Below, piece after piece: positions 16,939-26,878 of a stretch of DNA of 64,000 nucleotides. A program made the translations under genes and the position numbers. The notes under the pieces were generated by a model. That model saw only the letters and a program-made list of their open reading frames with translations. It was not told the origin of the DNA and searched no databases. The DNA comes from Candidatus Tayloriibacteriota bacterium. Its GTDB lineage: Bacteria > Patescibacteriota > Minisyncoccia > Phycocordibacterales > PALSA-1337. Location: the NCBI GenBank assembly GCA_943350765.1, contig CALRAJ010000003.1:65456-129455 (forward strand), written 5' to 3'. How positions within the stretch are numbered: position 1 is the stretch's first letter; each line of letters starts with the position of its first letter.

Positions 16939-19900
16939 ATGACAGATGAAACTAAAAATAAGCTGATACAGCCTTTAATTCCAGTACAGAAAAGCTTGGT
17001 TGCTCAAAAAGAGGAGGAAATTCTCGCTTTTTGGCAGAAAAATAATATTTTCAAAAAGACTATCGAAAAGCCTGCACCAAAAGGTGATTTTGTGTTTTAT
17101 GATGGACCACCTTTTGCTACGGGTCTGCCACATTTTGGGCATCTTTTGCCAACCTCGATCAAAGACGCTATTCCTCGTTATAAAACCATGCAGGGCTTTC
17201 GGGTAGCTCGTCGCTGGGGCTGGGACTGTCACGGTTTACCTATAGAAAATCTGGTGGAAAAAGAGCTTGGACTGAAAACCAAGCAGGACATTGAAAGCTT
17301 CGGTGTAGGAAATTTTAATAAGGCCGCACGGGATACTGTATTGCGATACGCCTCGCAATGGAAAGAAATCATTCCCCGCATCGGGCGTTTTGTGGATATG
17401 GAGGACGATTATCGTACTATGGATGCTTCCTATACCGAGTCCGTCTGGTGGGTATTTAAAACACTTCATGAAAAGGGCCTCGTACATCAGGGCTTCAAGT
17501 CCATGCAACTCTGTCCGAGATGTGAGACCACACTATCAAACTTCGAAGTCAATCTAGGGTATAAAGACATTACTGATATTTCAGTATTTGTAACCTTTCC
17601 ACTTCTAGAGGATCCTAGTATTTCACTTATTGCATGGACCACAACACCATGGACTTTGCCCGGTAATGTAGCTCTCGCGGTGGGGGCGGATATTGTGTAT
17701 GTACAGATTGCGCTTGAAGGTAAAAAGTATATTGTAGCAAAGGAGCGAGTGGGGCAGGTGGCAAAGGATAAGGCGTATACGATCGAGAAGGAATTTAATG
17801 GCACTGATTTGGTAGGTAAAAAATATGTACCGATTTTTGATTATTATATAAATGATACGGCACTCGCAAATAGAGAAAATGGCTGGAAAATAGTAGTAGG
17901 AGATTTTGTGACTACGACTGATGGCTCAGGTATTGTGCATATTGCTCCAGCTTTCGGGGAAGACGATTATGAGCTCTCAAAGCGAGAAAAATTGCCTTTT
18001 GTGCAACATGTTACAACAGGTGGATTATTTAAAAAAGAGGTTACGGATTTTGCTGGACAGTCAGTAAAGCCAAAAGAAGACCCTACTCAGACCAAGTCTG
18101 ACGGGCAAGTCCATCAGAAGGCTGATATCGAAATTATCAAACATCTCGCTCACGCGGGACGACTTTTTGGTAAAGAAAAAATTATTCACTCGTACCCGCA
18201 CTGTTGGCGTTGTGAGACCCCACTTTTAAATTACGCTTCTTCGTCGTGGTTTGTAAATGTACCAAAGATCAAAGACCGACTGGTAGCAGAAAATAAAAAG
18301 ATTGGCTGGACGCCAGAGTTTGTGGGAGAGGGAAGGTTTGGCAACTGGCTGTCTGGAGCGAGGGAGTGGGCGATTTCTCGCTCGAGATACTGGGGTGCAC
18401 CACTGCCAGTCTGGAAATGTAGTGAATGTGACAAAAAAGAATTCATAGGCTCAGTAGAAGAGCTCAAAAAGCATCTCAAGCCGAGAAACACCTATTATGT
18501 GATGAGACATGGTCAGTATCCGGGGAACGCAGAAGGTTTCTTGTGTTCAGGGCTCGACTGCGCAGGATTGACAGATGTTGGTCGTGGTGAAGCGATTAAA
18601 GCTACTAAAACTCTTTCTGACACAAAGATTGATTTGATCATAACCTCACCTCTTGCGAGAACAAAGGAGACCGCATATATCGTTGCAGAAAATTTGGGTA
18701 TTACAAAAGAAAAGATTGTTGAGGATGAGCGACTTCAGGAAATAAAGTTTGGTATTTTTAACGGTAAGCCTGCTGGGGAATACCATAAACAATTTGAAGG
18801 TGGAGGTGATGGCTGGTTCACAAAAGGTCCTGTGGATGCAGAAAGTCATTTGCAAGTAAAACACCGAATGGGGGATGCTCTTTATGACCTAGAACAGAAA
18901 TATCAAGGTAAAAAGATTTTGATTGTGACACACGATACTCCAGCGTGGCTTTTGATAGCCGCTTCTTTGGGGCTTAATCAAAAAGATACTATCGATCTTC
19001 ATCCTGGTGGGGATTTTATGAAAAATGCTGAAGTCAAAGAAATGCCTTTTGTAACAATTCCACATAATGCTGACTACGAGCTCGACCTCCACCGGCCGTA
19101 TATCGACGAGGTGACTTTTACCTGCTCATGTGGAGGAATAATGAAGCGAGTGCCAGAGGTTTTTGATTGTTGGTTTGAGTCTGGCGCAATGCCTTATGGT
19201 CAAAATAAGTATCAAGGTACAGCACTTTCTGGATTTGATCCAAAAAGTGCTATGGGTTTCCCTGCTGACTTTATTGCAGAAGGACTAGATCAAACTCGTG
19301 GCTGGTTTTACTCGATGCTCGTCCTAGGTGTAGCTTTGTTTGATAAAACTCCTTATAAAAATGTTATCGTAAACGGAGTGATTTTGGCAGAGGACGGACG
19401 AAAGATGTCAAAATCACTTAAAAATTATCCAGACCTGATGCTCACGGTAGATAAATACGGTGCAGACGCTTTGAGGTACTATTTGCTCGCATCACCATCG
19501 GTGCGAGCCGAAGACGCTTGTTTTTTTGAAAAAGGTGTAGATGAAGTAGTAAAAAAGCACATCGGTCGTCTGAACAATGTCTACACATTCTATGCTCTAT
19601 ATTCCCAAGGCGAAAACGCACTATCTGCGAGTGCGGACTCTAAAAACATTCTCGATATATGGATACTTGCGAGACTAGCCGAGCTGGTAGAGACGGTAGA
19701 AGCCTCGATGGAAAAATACGAGCTAGACCGAGCATCTCGACCGATTGCCGATTTTATAGACGATCTTTCCACTTGGTATATTCGTCGTTCAAGAGACCGT
19801 TTCAAATCAGAAGATATTGCGGATAAAAAATCTGCACTACAAACTACGAGGTTTGTGCTGGAACATTTATCAAAAGTGATCGCACCTTTTATGCCGTTTT

Positions 19901-20499
19901 TGGCAGAAGATATATATCAAAAAGTGAAAGGTTCAAACGGGTTTGAAAGTGTCCATTTGGCAGAGTGGCCTCAGGTGGATTTTGTAGATAAAGCACAACA
20001 GCTAAAAGTAATCACCAGCATGCAAGAAGTTCGAAAGATCGTAACACTAGGTCTTGAAGCTAGGATGCGAACAAAAATAAATGTGAGGCAGCCACTTTCG
20101 GTACTAAAAATAAAGCTACCCGTATCAATATCTATTGCTGAAAAAGAAATGATTGCTTTGATAGCTGATGAGGTAAATGTTAAGCGGATTGTATCAGATG
20201 AAACAATAAATACTGAAGTGGAACTGGATACCCTGATCACCCTAGAGCTAAAAGCCGAAGGGCAGGTCAGAGAGCTTATTCGAGCTATTCAGGATTTACG
20301 AAAGAAACAAGGTCTGACCGTTACGGATAGACCTGTGCTTTCTGTGGCGACAAGTGATATTGGTAAAAAACTCTTGACCGATTTTAAAAAAGAAATCAGT
20401 AGAGCGACTCAGCTAAGAGAACTTTTGATTTTAGATACTGGGGTGGGGGAAAGGGTGGTTTTGGACGAAGTTATTTTCGAGCTTGTTCTCGTTATGTAG
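16939..20499 (+). CDS. ileS: isoleucyl-tRNA synthetase with an inserted histidine-phosphatase (PGAM-like) domain
   Basis: HIGH-type motif PHFGHLL, WTTTPWTLPGN in the editing domain, KMSKS, and anticodon-binding C-terminus. At 1186 aa it is over-long because of a domain at about 18487-19010 (YYVMRHGQ...IVTHDT). Confidence 0.9.
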   Translation: MTDETKNKLIQPLIPVQKSLVAQKEEEILAFWQKNNIFKKTIEKPAPKGDFVFYDGPPFATGLPHFGHLLPTSIKDAIPRYKTMQGFRVARRWGWDCHGLPIENLVEKELGLKTKQDIESFGVGNFNKAARDTVLRYASQWKEIIPRIGRFVDMEDDYRTMDASYTESVWWVFKTLHEKGLVHQGFKSMQLCPRCETTLSNFEVNLGYKDITDISVFVTFPLLEDPSISLIAWTTTPWTLPGNVALAVGADIVYVQIALEGKKYIVAKERVGQVAKDKAYTIEKEFNGTDLVGKKYVPIFDYYINDTALANRENGWKIVVGDFVTTTDGSGIVHIAPAFGEDDYELSKREKLPFVQHVTTGGLFKKEVTDFAGQSVKPKEDPTQTKSDGQVHQKADIEIIKHLAHAGRLFGKEKIIHSYPHCWRCETPLLNYASSSWFVNVPKIKDRLVAENKKIGWTPEFVGEGRFGNWLSGAREWAISRSRYWGAPLPVWKCSECDKKEFIGSVEELKKHLKPRNTYYVMRHGQYPGNAEGFLCSGLDCAGLTDVGRGEAIKATKTLSDTKIDLIITSPLARTKETAYIVAENLGITKEKIVEDERLQEIKFGIFNGKPAGEYHKQFEGGGDGWFTKGPVDAESHLQVKHRMGDALYDLEQKYQGKKILIVTHDTPAWLLIAASLGLNQKDTIDLHPGGDFMKNAEVKEMPFVTIPHNADYELDLHRPYIDEVTFTCSCGGIMKRVPEVFDCWFESGAMPYGQNKYQGTALSGFDPKSAMGFPADFIAEGLDQTRGWFYSMLVLGVALFDKTPYKNVIVNGVILAEDGRKMSKSLKNYPDLMLTVDKYGADALRYYLLASPSVRAEDACFFEKGVDEVVKKHIGRLNNVYTFYALYSQGENALSASADSKNILDIWILARLAELVETVEASMEKYELDRASRPIADFIDDLSTWYIRRSRDRFKSEDIADKKSALQTTRFVLEHLSKVIAPFMPFLAEDIYQKVKGSNGFESVHLAEWPQVDFVDKAQQLKVITSMQEVRKIVTLGLEARMRTKINVRQPLSVLKIKLPVSISIAEKEMIALIADEVNVKRIVSDETINTEVELDTLITLELKAEGQVRELIRAIQDLRKKQGLTVTDRPVLSVATSDIGKKLLTDFKKEISRATQLRELLILDTGVGERVVLDEVIFELVLVM

Positions 20500-20535
20500 C
20501 GAAGAGAGTTGTGGCGGTGTGATGTTTTATTAGAT

Positions 20536-20565
20536 TTGACATAAGGTATGGTTGTATGCTATGTT
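20536..20565 (+). promoter_or_regulatory. candidate sigma70-like promoter
   Basis: TTGACA, an 18-nt spacer, then TATGTT; upstream of 20620. Confidence 0.25.
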
Positions 20566-20619
20566 TTGTCTTGGGAATTTGGTAGCAATTTAGCGTGCGG
20601 ACAAAACGAAAGGAAAATT

Positions 20620-21030
20620 ATGAGCAAGTCAGTTTTGGAGGTTTTGACGCCTGTTTTGGCGTCCAGTAATTTCGATGATTTATTTGAGCAAGTAGCGGAA
20701 GTGCAGGTTCCTGAAGTTGGGATCGTGGCACTTTTCCGTTCGAGGATAGACGCGTTTGCTGACCTCATTGGTTATCAAATTGTTGATTTTCTCCACGTTC
20801 TATTTTCAGAATATACCTTGGTGTCAGGACAGGATTCTCTGAGTAGGGTTTGTTATCTGATTCCAGAGCATTTCTCGGAGATGCCACTGTTGCCACTCGG
20901 AGATATGGAAAAAGGAGCATCTTTTCATCAGGGTAGCTTCAAGTTTGTTTACTATGGTGGACACCTCATTTCTTCTACTGTGGATGATATTGCCAATGGC
21001 TCTTTCCTGGTGGCGGTGCTTTTGAAATAA
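20620..21030 (+). CDS. hypothetical protein
   Basis: ATG preceded by aaaggaaaatt (RBS-like). No recognisable motif. Confidence 0.35.
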   Translation: MSKSVLEVLTPVLASSNFDDLFEQVAEVQVPEVGIVALFRSRIDAFADLIGYQIVDFLHVLFSEYTLVSGQDSLSRVCYLIPEHFSEMPLLPLGDMEKGASFHQGSFKFVYYGGHLISSTVDDIANGSFLVAVLLK

Positions 21031-21048
21031 GATTTGACTTTTACCAAT

Positions 21049-21082
21049 GCTGACACAGGATTTTCTCCTGAGTCAGCTTTTT
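21049..21082 (+). terminator. rho-independent terminator
   Basis: gctgacacagga ttttc tcctgagtcagc followed by ttttt. Confidence 0.55.
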
Positions 21083-21226
21083 AATTTACACAAAGATACA
21101 AAATACGACTGTGACGGTCGATCGTTTGTGATCGATCGTCCACAGATGTCTATCCCTAATCGATAGACCAACTGTAGACGGCATTTCGTAATTTGGGGTA
21201 TTTATCACCTTAGCATATCCCATATC

Positions 21227-21263
21227 TAAACGGCTAAACACTAGTGTTTAGCCGTTTAGCCTT
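21227..21263. repeat. palindromic REP-like element taaacggctaaacactagtgtttagccgtttag
   Basis: Same family as 1369-1397 and 34873-34908. Confidence 0.5.
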
Positions 21264-21385
21264 TGGTTTATATATGGCTCGGCTGTAGGCTACATTGGTG
21301 TTTTTGGGTAGATTTAGCTCAAAAGTGCTTTCTGTCTAAAACCTGTGTTAAAATAGGGTTAAATACTAGAGTACTAGACCCCAAA

Positions 21386-21979
21386 ATGTCTCATCATATC
21401 TACAATACCGAAGGTTTTGTTTTATCAAGTAATGCATCTCAAGAGGCCAGTAAGGTGTTGTGTGTTTTTACCAAAGAGCTCGGGGTGGTAAATGCTATTG
21501 CTCAGGGTGTGAGATTACTAAAATCTAAACTTCGCTATTCCTTGCAGGACTTTTCGTATACCAATATCTCTTTGATCAGAGGTAAAGAGATCTGGAGAGT
21601 TACCAGTGCCTCGCCAGTCGCTACGCGTTTCCCTTTAATACAAAGCCACTCAGAATACTACATAGTTTATATTAAAATCCTCAGTCTACTAAAGCGACTT
21701 TTAAACGGTGAAGAAAAGAACGAATCTCTGTTTATATCTGTCACCGAAGCTTTTGATTTCTTGGAAAATACCACACTGAGCAGTTCAGAGCTACTTTCTT
21801 TTGAATGTATTTTGGTTTTAAAAATACTGCATAACCTCGGCTATGGGGCAAAAAACCAAGTTCTGGATAAGTACGCATCACCCCTGACTTGGGACAAGGA
21901 TAAGTTGGGGGATTTTGATCAGTATCGTGTTCAGGCACTGACCACAATCAACACAGCTTTGAGAGAGAGTCAGTTGTAA
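21386..21979 (+). CDS. recO: DNA repair protein RecO
   Basis: N-terminal YNTEGFVLSSNASQEASKVLCVFTKELGVVNAIAQG matches the RecO OB-fold region. Start taken at MSHHIY. Confidence 0.6.
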   Translation: MSHHIYNTEGFVLSSNASQEASKVLCVFTKELGVVNAIAQGVRLLKSKLRYSLQDFSYTNISLIRGKEIWRVTSASPVATRFPLIQSHSEYYIVYIKILSLLKRLLNGEEKNESLFISVTEAFDFLENTTLSSSELLSFECILVLKILHNLGYGAKNQVLDKYASPLTWDKDKLGDFDQYRVQALTTINTALRESQL

Positions 21980-22007
21980 AATAATTTTGGGCAGGATATA
22001 GAGCTTT

Positions 22008-23972
22008 GTGCTACAATATACCCATATGAACCCAAATGGTAATAGTGGTCTCAAGGACAGTAGAATAGAAGAGTTGAAAAAAGGCTTATATTCTAGAACA
22101 GCTTCCGTGAGCGGTATGATTCGTCGAGCTAGGCTTTCTAGGGACGGTGAGCAGGTTCAGGTTGATTGGGGCAGTCAGGACAATCTAGGTGTAAAAGACG
22201 AGGTGGTTTTATTAAAAGATATGTCTTCTAAAAAAACATCAATTGTAGGAAAGATATTTTGGAGCTCGTTTGTCTTCTTTGTTCTGGCTATCGGTACGGC
22301 TGTGTTTATATTTTATGGTGGTAACAACCTGATTTCAGCAAACAATGTTGATATTTTAGTAGATGGACCAATATCAGTAGCTGGAGGGGAGCCACTTACG
22401 CTAGACATATCTGTAGTTAATAAAAATGATGTAAAGCTCGAGCTGGTAGACCTGGTAGTAGAATACCCAAAAGGCACAGCGAGTGCAGATGATACTACAA
22501 AAGAGTTAAACAGATTCCGAGAGCTCATCGGTGATATCGAATCTCAAAAAGATGGCCATAAAAATGTCACAGCAGTATTTTTTGGCGAGGCGAACGAAAA
22601 AAAGGATTTAAAAATAACCGCCGAATACCGAGTCCAAGGATCAAACGCCACTTTTTATAAAGAAAAGATATACTCGATTTTTATAAGCTCAGCACCTATC
22701 TCGATTACCACCAGCTCTTTCAAAGAGGTAAACGCAGGTCAGGAATTTACCATGGCTTTTACGGTTACTTCAAATTCGTCCAAATTACTAAAGAACATTG
22801 TTTTCCAAGTCGAATATCCTTTTGGTTTTAACTTTAAAAAGGCGGTTCCAGTTGCGAGTTTCGATAATATGTTATGGAAAATCGGTGATTTGGCTCCTGG
22901 TGTAAAAAGGGTGATTTCGGTGACAGGGACTATCGACGGGCAAAATGATGATGAGAGGGTGTTTCGGCTGAACGTCGGGGTACAGAGTACAAAAGACAAT
23001 AAAAAGATTGGTATTGCACTCCTCAGTACCCAGCAGTCTATTATGGTTAAAAAACCATTTATCACATCCTCGCTCGCGCTTGATGGCAATATCTCAAACG
23101 GCGATTATGCTGGAGAGGCTGGACGAAGTATCCGCGCGGATGTTACTTGGACCAACAATCTACCCACCAATATCATCGACGCTGAGATATTTGTCAAGAT
23201 AAACGGCACCGCATTAGATAAGTCATCGGTTTTGGTGGATCAGGGCTTTTATGATTCAGCAAACGGGGTGATTCGTTGGGATAAAAGCAATACCTCTGAG
23301 CTAGGTCTTTTAAACCCTGGTGGTAGTGGAAGTGTTAGTTTTAGTTTTACTCCGACTAGTCAAAATACATCCTCAGGTCAGAAAAATCCCGGTGTAACTC
23401 TCGAGGTAAGTGTGCGTGGCAAGAGAGTTTCCGAAAATCAGGTGCCAGAGCAAATTATTTCTTCAGTACTCCGAACCGTCCGTGTTGCCTCGAGGATCAG
23501 ATTGCTTCCTAGGCTTATTTATTCTATTGGACCATTTGTAAATACTGGTCCTATCCCACCAAAGGCCGAAAAAGAAACAAAATACACTGTGGTCTGGACA
23601 GTCACCAATACCACCAATGCTATTTCAAATGCTCAAGTTCGAGCAAGCCTACCGTCCTACATAAAATGGCTGGGTGTGACTACTGATAATTCCAAAATAT
23701 CCTACAACCCTGTGGGTGGTGAGCTGGTCTGGGATATTGGTTCGATTGCCGCTAATACAGACGGCAACGCTTCAAAGGAAATTGCTTTTCAGGTTGCTTT
23801 TATACCGAGTGTAAGTCAGGTCGGCAGTGTTCCTATAGTAGTCAACGAAGCAGTGCTTTCTGGGGAGGACGACTTTACCGGGTTGACCTTGCGTGATAGC
23901 CGTAGTAGTCTAAATATTCGACTTAGCACCGATCCAAACTTCAGTAACATTGAGGACAAAGTAGCCCCTTAG
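22008..23972 (+). CDS. hypothetical membrane-anchored protein with large extracytoplasmic beta-rich region
   Basis: One TM helix near residue 85, then about 550 aa that are Thr/Ser/Val-rich. Possibly CARDB/DUF11-like repeats (weak). Confidence 0.45.
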   Translation: MLQYTHMNPNGNSGLKDSRIEELKKGLYSRTASVSGMIRRARLSRDGEQVQVDWGSQDNLGVKDEVVLLKDMSSKKTSIVGKIFWSSFVFFVLAIGTAVFIFYGGNNLISANNVDILVDGPISVAGGEPLTLDISVVNKNDVKLELVDLVVEYPKGTASADDTTKELNRFRELIGDIESQKDGHKNVTAVFFGEANEKKDLKITAEYRVQGSNATFYKEKIYSIFISSAPISITTSSFKEVNAGQEFTMAFTVTSNSSKLLKNIVFQVEYPFGFNFKKAVPVASFDNMLWKIGDLAPGVKRVISVTGTIDGQNDDERVFRLNVGVQSTKDNKKIGIALLSTQQSIMVKKPFITSSLALDGNISNGDYAGEAGRSIRADVTWTNNLPTNIIDAEIFVKINGTALDKSSVLVDQGFYDSANGVIRWDKSNTSELGLLNPGGSGSVSFSFTPTSQNTSSGQKNPGVTLEVSVRGKRVSENQVPEQIISSVLRTVRVASRIRLLPRLIYSIGPFVNTGPIPPKAEKETKYTVVWTVTNTTNAISNAQVRASLPSYIKWLGVTTDNSKISYNPVGGELVWDIGSIAANTDGNASKEIAFQVAFIPSVSQVGSVPIVVNEAVLSGEDDFTGLTLRDSRSSLNIRLSTDPNFSNIEDKVAP

Positions 23973-24023
23973 TCTGAGAAGCTAATTTATTTAAATAGTA
24001 TGAAAAGAAAAGAAGAAGATGTA

Positions 24024-25394
24024 ATGGAAAAGATAATTTCTCTCTGTAAAAGACGCGGTTTTATATTTCAGGGCTCAGAGATTTACGGTGGATTGGCTGG
24101 TACTTGGGACTACGGTCCATACGGTGTAGCACTACGCAATACCATCAAGCATCTTTGGTGGAAGCGTTTTGTAGATGATAGAAATGATATTTTTGGCGTA
24201 GATGCTGCGATTTTGATGAATCAAAATGTGTGGAAAGCCAGTGGTCATGTGGGAGGTTTTTCTGACCCATTGGTGGAGGATTTAAAGACAAAAAAGAGAT
24301 TCCGTGCAGACCATCTCCTCGAAGAACAGGGTATTGACCCAAAAGGTATGACTCTCGCTCAGATGGACGCGCTTATCAAAGAAAAGAAGCTCAAGAGCCC
24401 AGACGGTAACGCGCTCGGCGAAGTACGCCAGTTCAACATGATGTTTAAGACGCATGTCGGCGCTATCCAAGACGACACTTCTATTTCATATCTCCGACCG
24501 GAGACTGCACAGGGGATGTTTGTGAATTTTAAAAATATTATAGATACTTTTCATCCAAAATTACCATTTGGTCTCGCACAGATAGGGAAGGCATTTCGTA
24601 ATGAGATCGCCCCACGGGATTTTATTTTTCGTCTTCGTGAAATGGAACAAATGGAGGTTGAGTACTTTGTCGATCCTCGTGATGAGAAGTCTATAATGGC
24701 AGAGTTTGATAAGCTTTTTGATGAACAGATGAATTTTCTTGCAGATCTAGGGTTAACGAAGTCAAAAATCCACAAGGTGGAAATTGCCCCAGCCGATCGC
24801 GCGCATTACTCAAAGCGAAGTGTCGATACTGAGTTTGATTTCCCTTTTGGACAGAAAGAGCTCGGAGGACTTGCATACCGCACCGATTACGATTTAAAAG
24901 CACATACCGAAAAGAGTGGTGTTGACCTTTCGTACTTCGATGAAGAGACCAAGACCCGTTTTATTCCACATTGTATCGAGCCAACCTTCGGTGTCGATCG
25001 TCTCACACTCGCGATACTTGCTGACGCATATAGAGAGGATGAGCTTGGCGGAGAGAAGCGTGAGTATTTGAAGTTGTCTCCAAAGGTAGCACCAATACTC
25101 GTGGCTGTATTTCCACTTTTGAAAAATAAGCCGATTTTGGTGGAAAAAGCCAAAGAGGTGTACTCTGAACTAAAGAAGGTTTTTGGTGCCAGAGTAACTT
25201 TTGATGATAATGGCAATATCGGCAAAAGGTACCGTAGACAAGATGAGATAGGTACCCCATACTGTGTTACTGTCGATTTTGATACTGTAGAAAAGGAGGC
25301 TGGAGTGACTGTGCGAAATAGGGATACGGGTGAACAGGAGAGGATGCCGATAAGTGACCTGGCGAGTTATTTGCTGGGCAAAATAAGCTCATAA
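24024..25394 (+). CDS. glyQS: glycyl-tRNA synthetase (dimeric alpha2 type)
   Basis: N-terminus MEKIISLCKRRGFIFQGSEIYGGLAGTWDYGPYG; class II motifs; length about 457 aa. Confidence 0.85.
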   Translation: MEKIISLCKRRGFIFQGSEIYGGLAGTWDYGPYGVALRNTIKHLWWKRFVDDRNDIFGVDAAILMNQNVWKASGHVGGFSDPLVEDLKTKKRFRADHLLEEQGIDPKGMTLAQMDALIKEKKLKSPDGNALGEVRQFNMMFKTHVGAIQDDTSISYLRPETAQGMFVNFKNIIDTFHPKLPFGLAQIGKAFRNEIAPRDFIFRLREMEQMEVEYFVDPRDEKSIMAEFDKLFDEQMNFLADLGLTKSKIHKVEIAPADRAHYSKRSVDTEFDFPFGQKELGGLAYRTDYDLKAHTEKSGVDLSYFDEETKTRFIPHCIEPTFGVDRLTLAILADAYREDELGGEKREYLKLSPKVAPILVAVFPLLKNKPILVEKAKEVYSELKKVFGARVTFDDNGNIGKRYRRQDEIGTPYCVTVDFDTVEKEAGVTVRNRDTGEQERMPISDLASYLLGKISS

Positions 25395-25553
25395 TTTCAA
25401 CGGCCGCGAGGAGCGGAGGCGACCAAGATACAGGAGTCATACTGGTGGCGGGAGTACTGAGCTCACCAGAGCGAATGTGCCGGTTTAGCAAAACTCGTTA
25501 CGAACAAAGTAGTGAGCCGTTAAAACCTCTCTGTAGAGCCATATACTAAAAAC

Positions 25554-26822
25554 ATGAAATACTACAGAAAAGTGCTAAAAAATGGTCTAAGGATCATCAC
25601 AATACCGATGAAGGACAACCCGACCGTTACTGTACTGGTCATGGTTTCGGCTGGTTCAAAATATGAGCAAAAAGCACAGGCAGGCATCTCGCATTTTCTC
25701 GAACATATGTGTTTCAAAGGTACCGAAAAGAGACCTCAGGCGATCAATATTAGTGAGGAGCTAGATAGTATTGGCGCGGAGCACAATGCATTTACTGGTC
25801 AGGAGTACACAGGCTATTATGCCAAGTCACATCCAAAACATTTAGACAGTATTCTCGATGTTGTTTCTGATATTTATCTCAATCCAAAACTTGATGTAAC
25901 AGAAATCAATAAAGAAAAGGGTGTGATCATTGAGGAGATAAATATGTATCTAGACATGCCACAGCATCATGTGCATAGTCTTATGATGCGATTACTTTAC
26001 GGAGAACAGCCAGCTGGGCGAGATATTGCAGGGACAAAAGAAAGTGTTTCTAAAATGAGCAGGGAAGACTTTTTAAAATACAGAGCGGAACATTATGTTG
26101 CAACAGCTACTACGGTGATAGTGAGTGGAAACATCCAAAATACTCAAGCTATAAAATCAATCGAACGGGCGTTCAAAAATATCTCAGATCATAAAAAAGC
26201 AGACAAGGAAAAAGTGTTAGAAAATCAGACCGCACCACAAGTACTGGTTCATAATAAAAAAGGTGAGCAAACCCATTTGGTGCTGGCTTGTAGGGGTTAC
26301 AATGCCTATGACAAAAGATTGCCAGCACTCAAGGTTTTGCGTACCGTTTTGGGTGGAGGAATGAGTTCTCGACTTTTTCATAAACTCCGAAATGAAATGG
26401 GTGTTTGCTACTATGTTTCGGCACATCAAAACTCTTTTACTGACCACGGATTTTTTGATATCTCAATCGGTGTTGATAATGCTAGGGTTCACGAAGTGAT
26501 CAAGGTGGTTTTGGAAGAATGTAAAAAGCTAACCGAGATTTTGGTGGGTAAGGTGGAATTACAAAAAGCCAAAGAGTGTATTGCTGGCGGGCTGTATCTC
26601 GGACTCGAGTCTTCAGATTCGCTCGCGGAATACTACGGATTTCAGGAAATAATGAAAAAGGAACTAAAAAGGCCAGAGGATATTTTGGATGCTATGAAAA
26701 AGGTTACCGCAAAAGATGTACAAAGAGTAGCAAGGGAGATTTTTCAAGATAAAAATCTCAACCTGGCTATTATTGGAGACTTTCAGACAGATGAGACCTT
26801 CAGGGACATTTTGAAATTTTAG
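25554..26822 (+). CDS. M16-family (insulinase/pitrilysin-like) zinc peptidase
   Basis: Inverted zinc motif HFLEHMCFKGT (HxxEH). Confidence 0.75.
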   Translation: MKYYRKVLKNGLRIITIPMKDNPTVTVLVMVSAGSKYEQKAQAGISHFLEHMCFKGTEKRPQAINISEELDSIGAEHNAFTGQEYTGYYAKSHPKHLDSILDVVSDIYLNPKLDVTEINKEKGVIIEEINMYLDMPQHHVHSLMMRLLYGEQPAGRDIAGTKESVSKMSREDFLKYRAEHYVATATTVIVSGNIQNTQAIKSIERAFKNISDHKKADKEKVLENQTAPQVLVHNKKGEQTHLVLACRGYNAYDKRLPALKVLRTVLGGGMSSRLFHKLRNEMGVCYYVSAHQNSFTDHGFFDISIGVDNARVHEVIKVVLEECKKLTEILVGKVELQKAKECIAGGLYLGLESSDSLAEYYGFQEIMKKELKRPEDILDAMKKVTAKDVQRVAREIFQDKNLNLAIIGDFQTDETFRDILKF

Positions 26823-26878
26823 TTCTGATAAATCAAAAAGTACTTTCTCTGGATAAACTTTTGTGGTATTATTATTGT

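Noticed and set aside
16975-20240. Numerous short antisense or alternative-frame ORFs inside ileS
   Set aside because: Embedded in a clearly coding 1186-aa frame.
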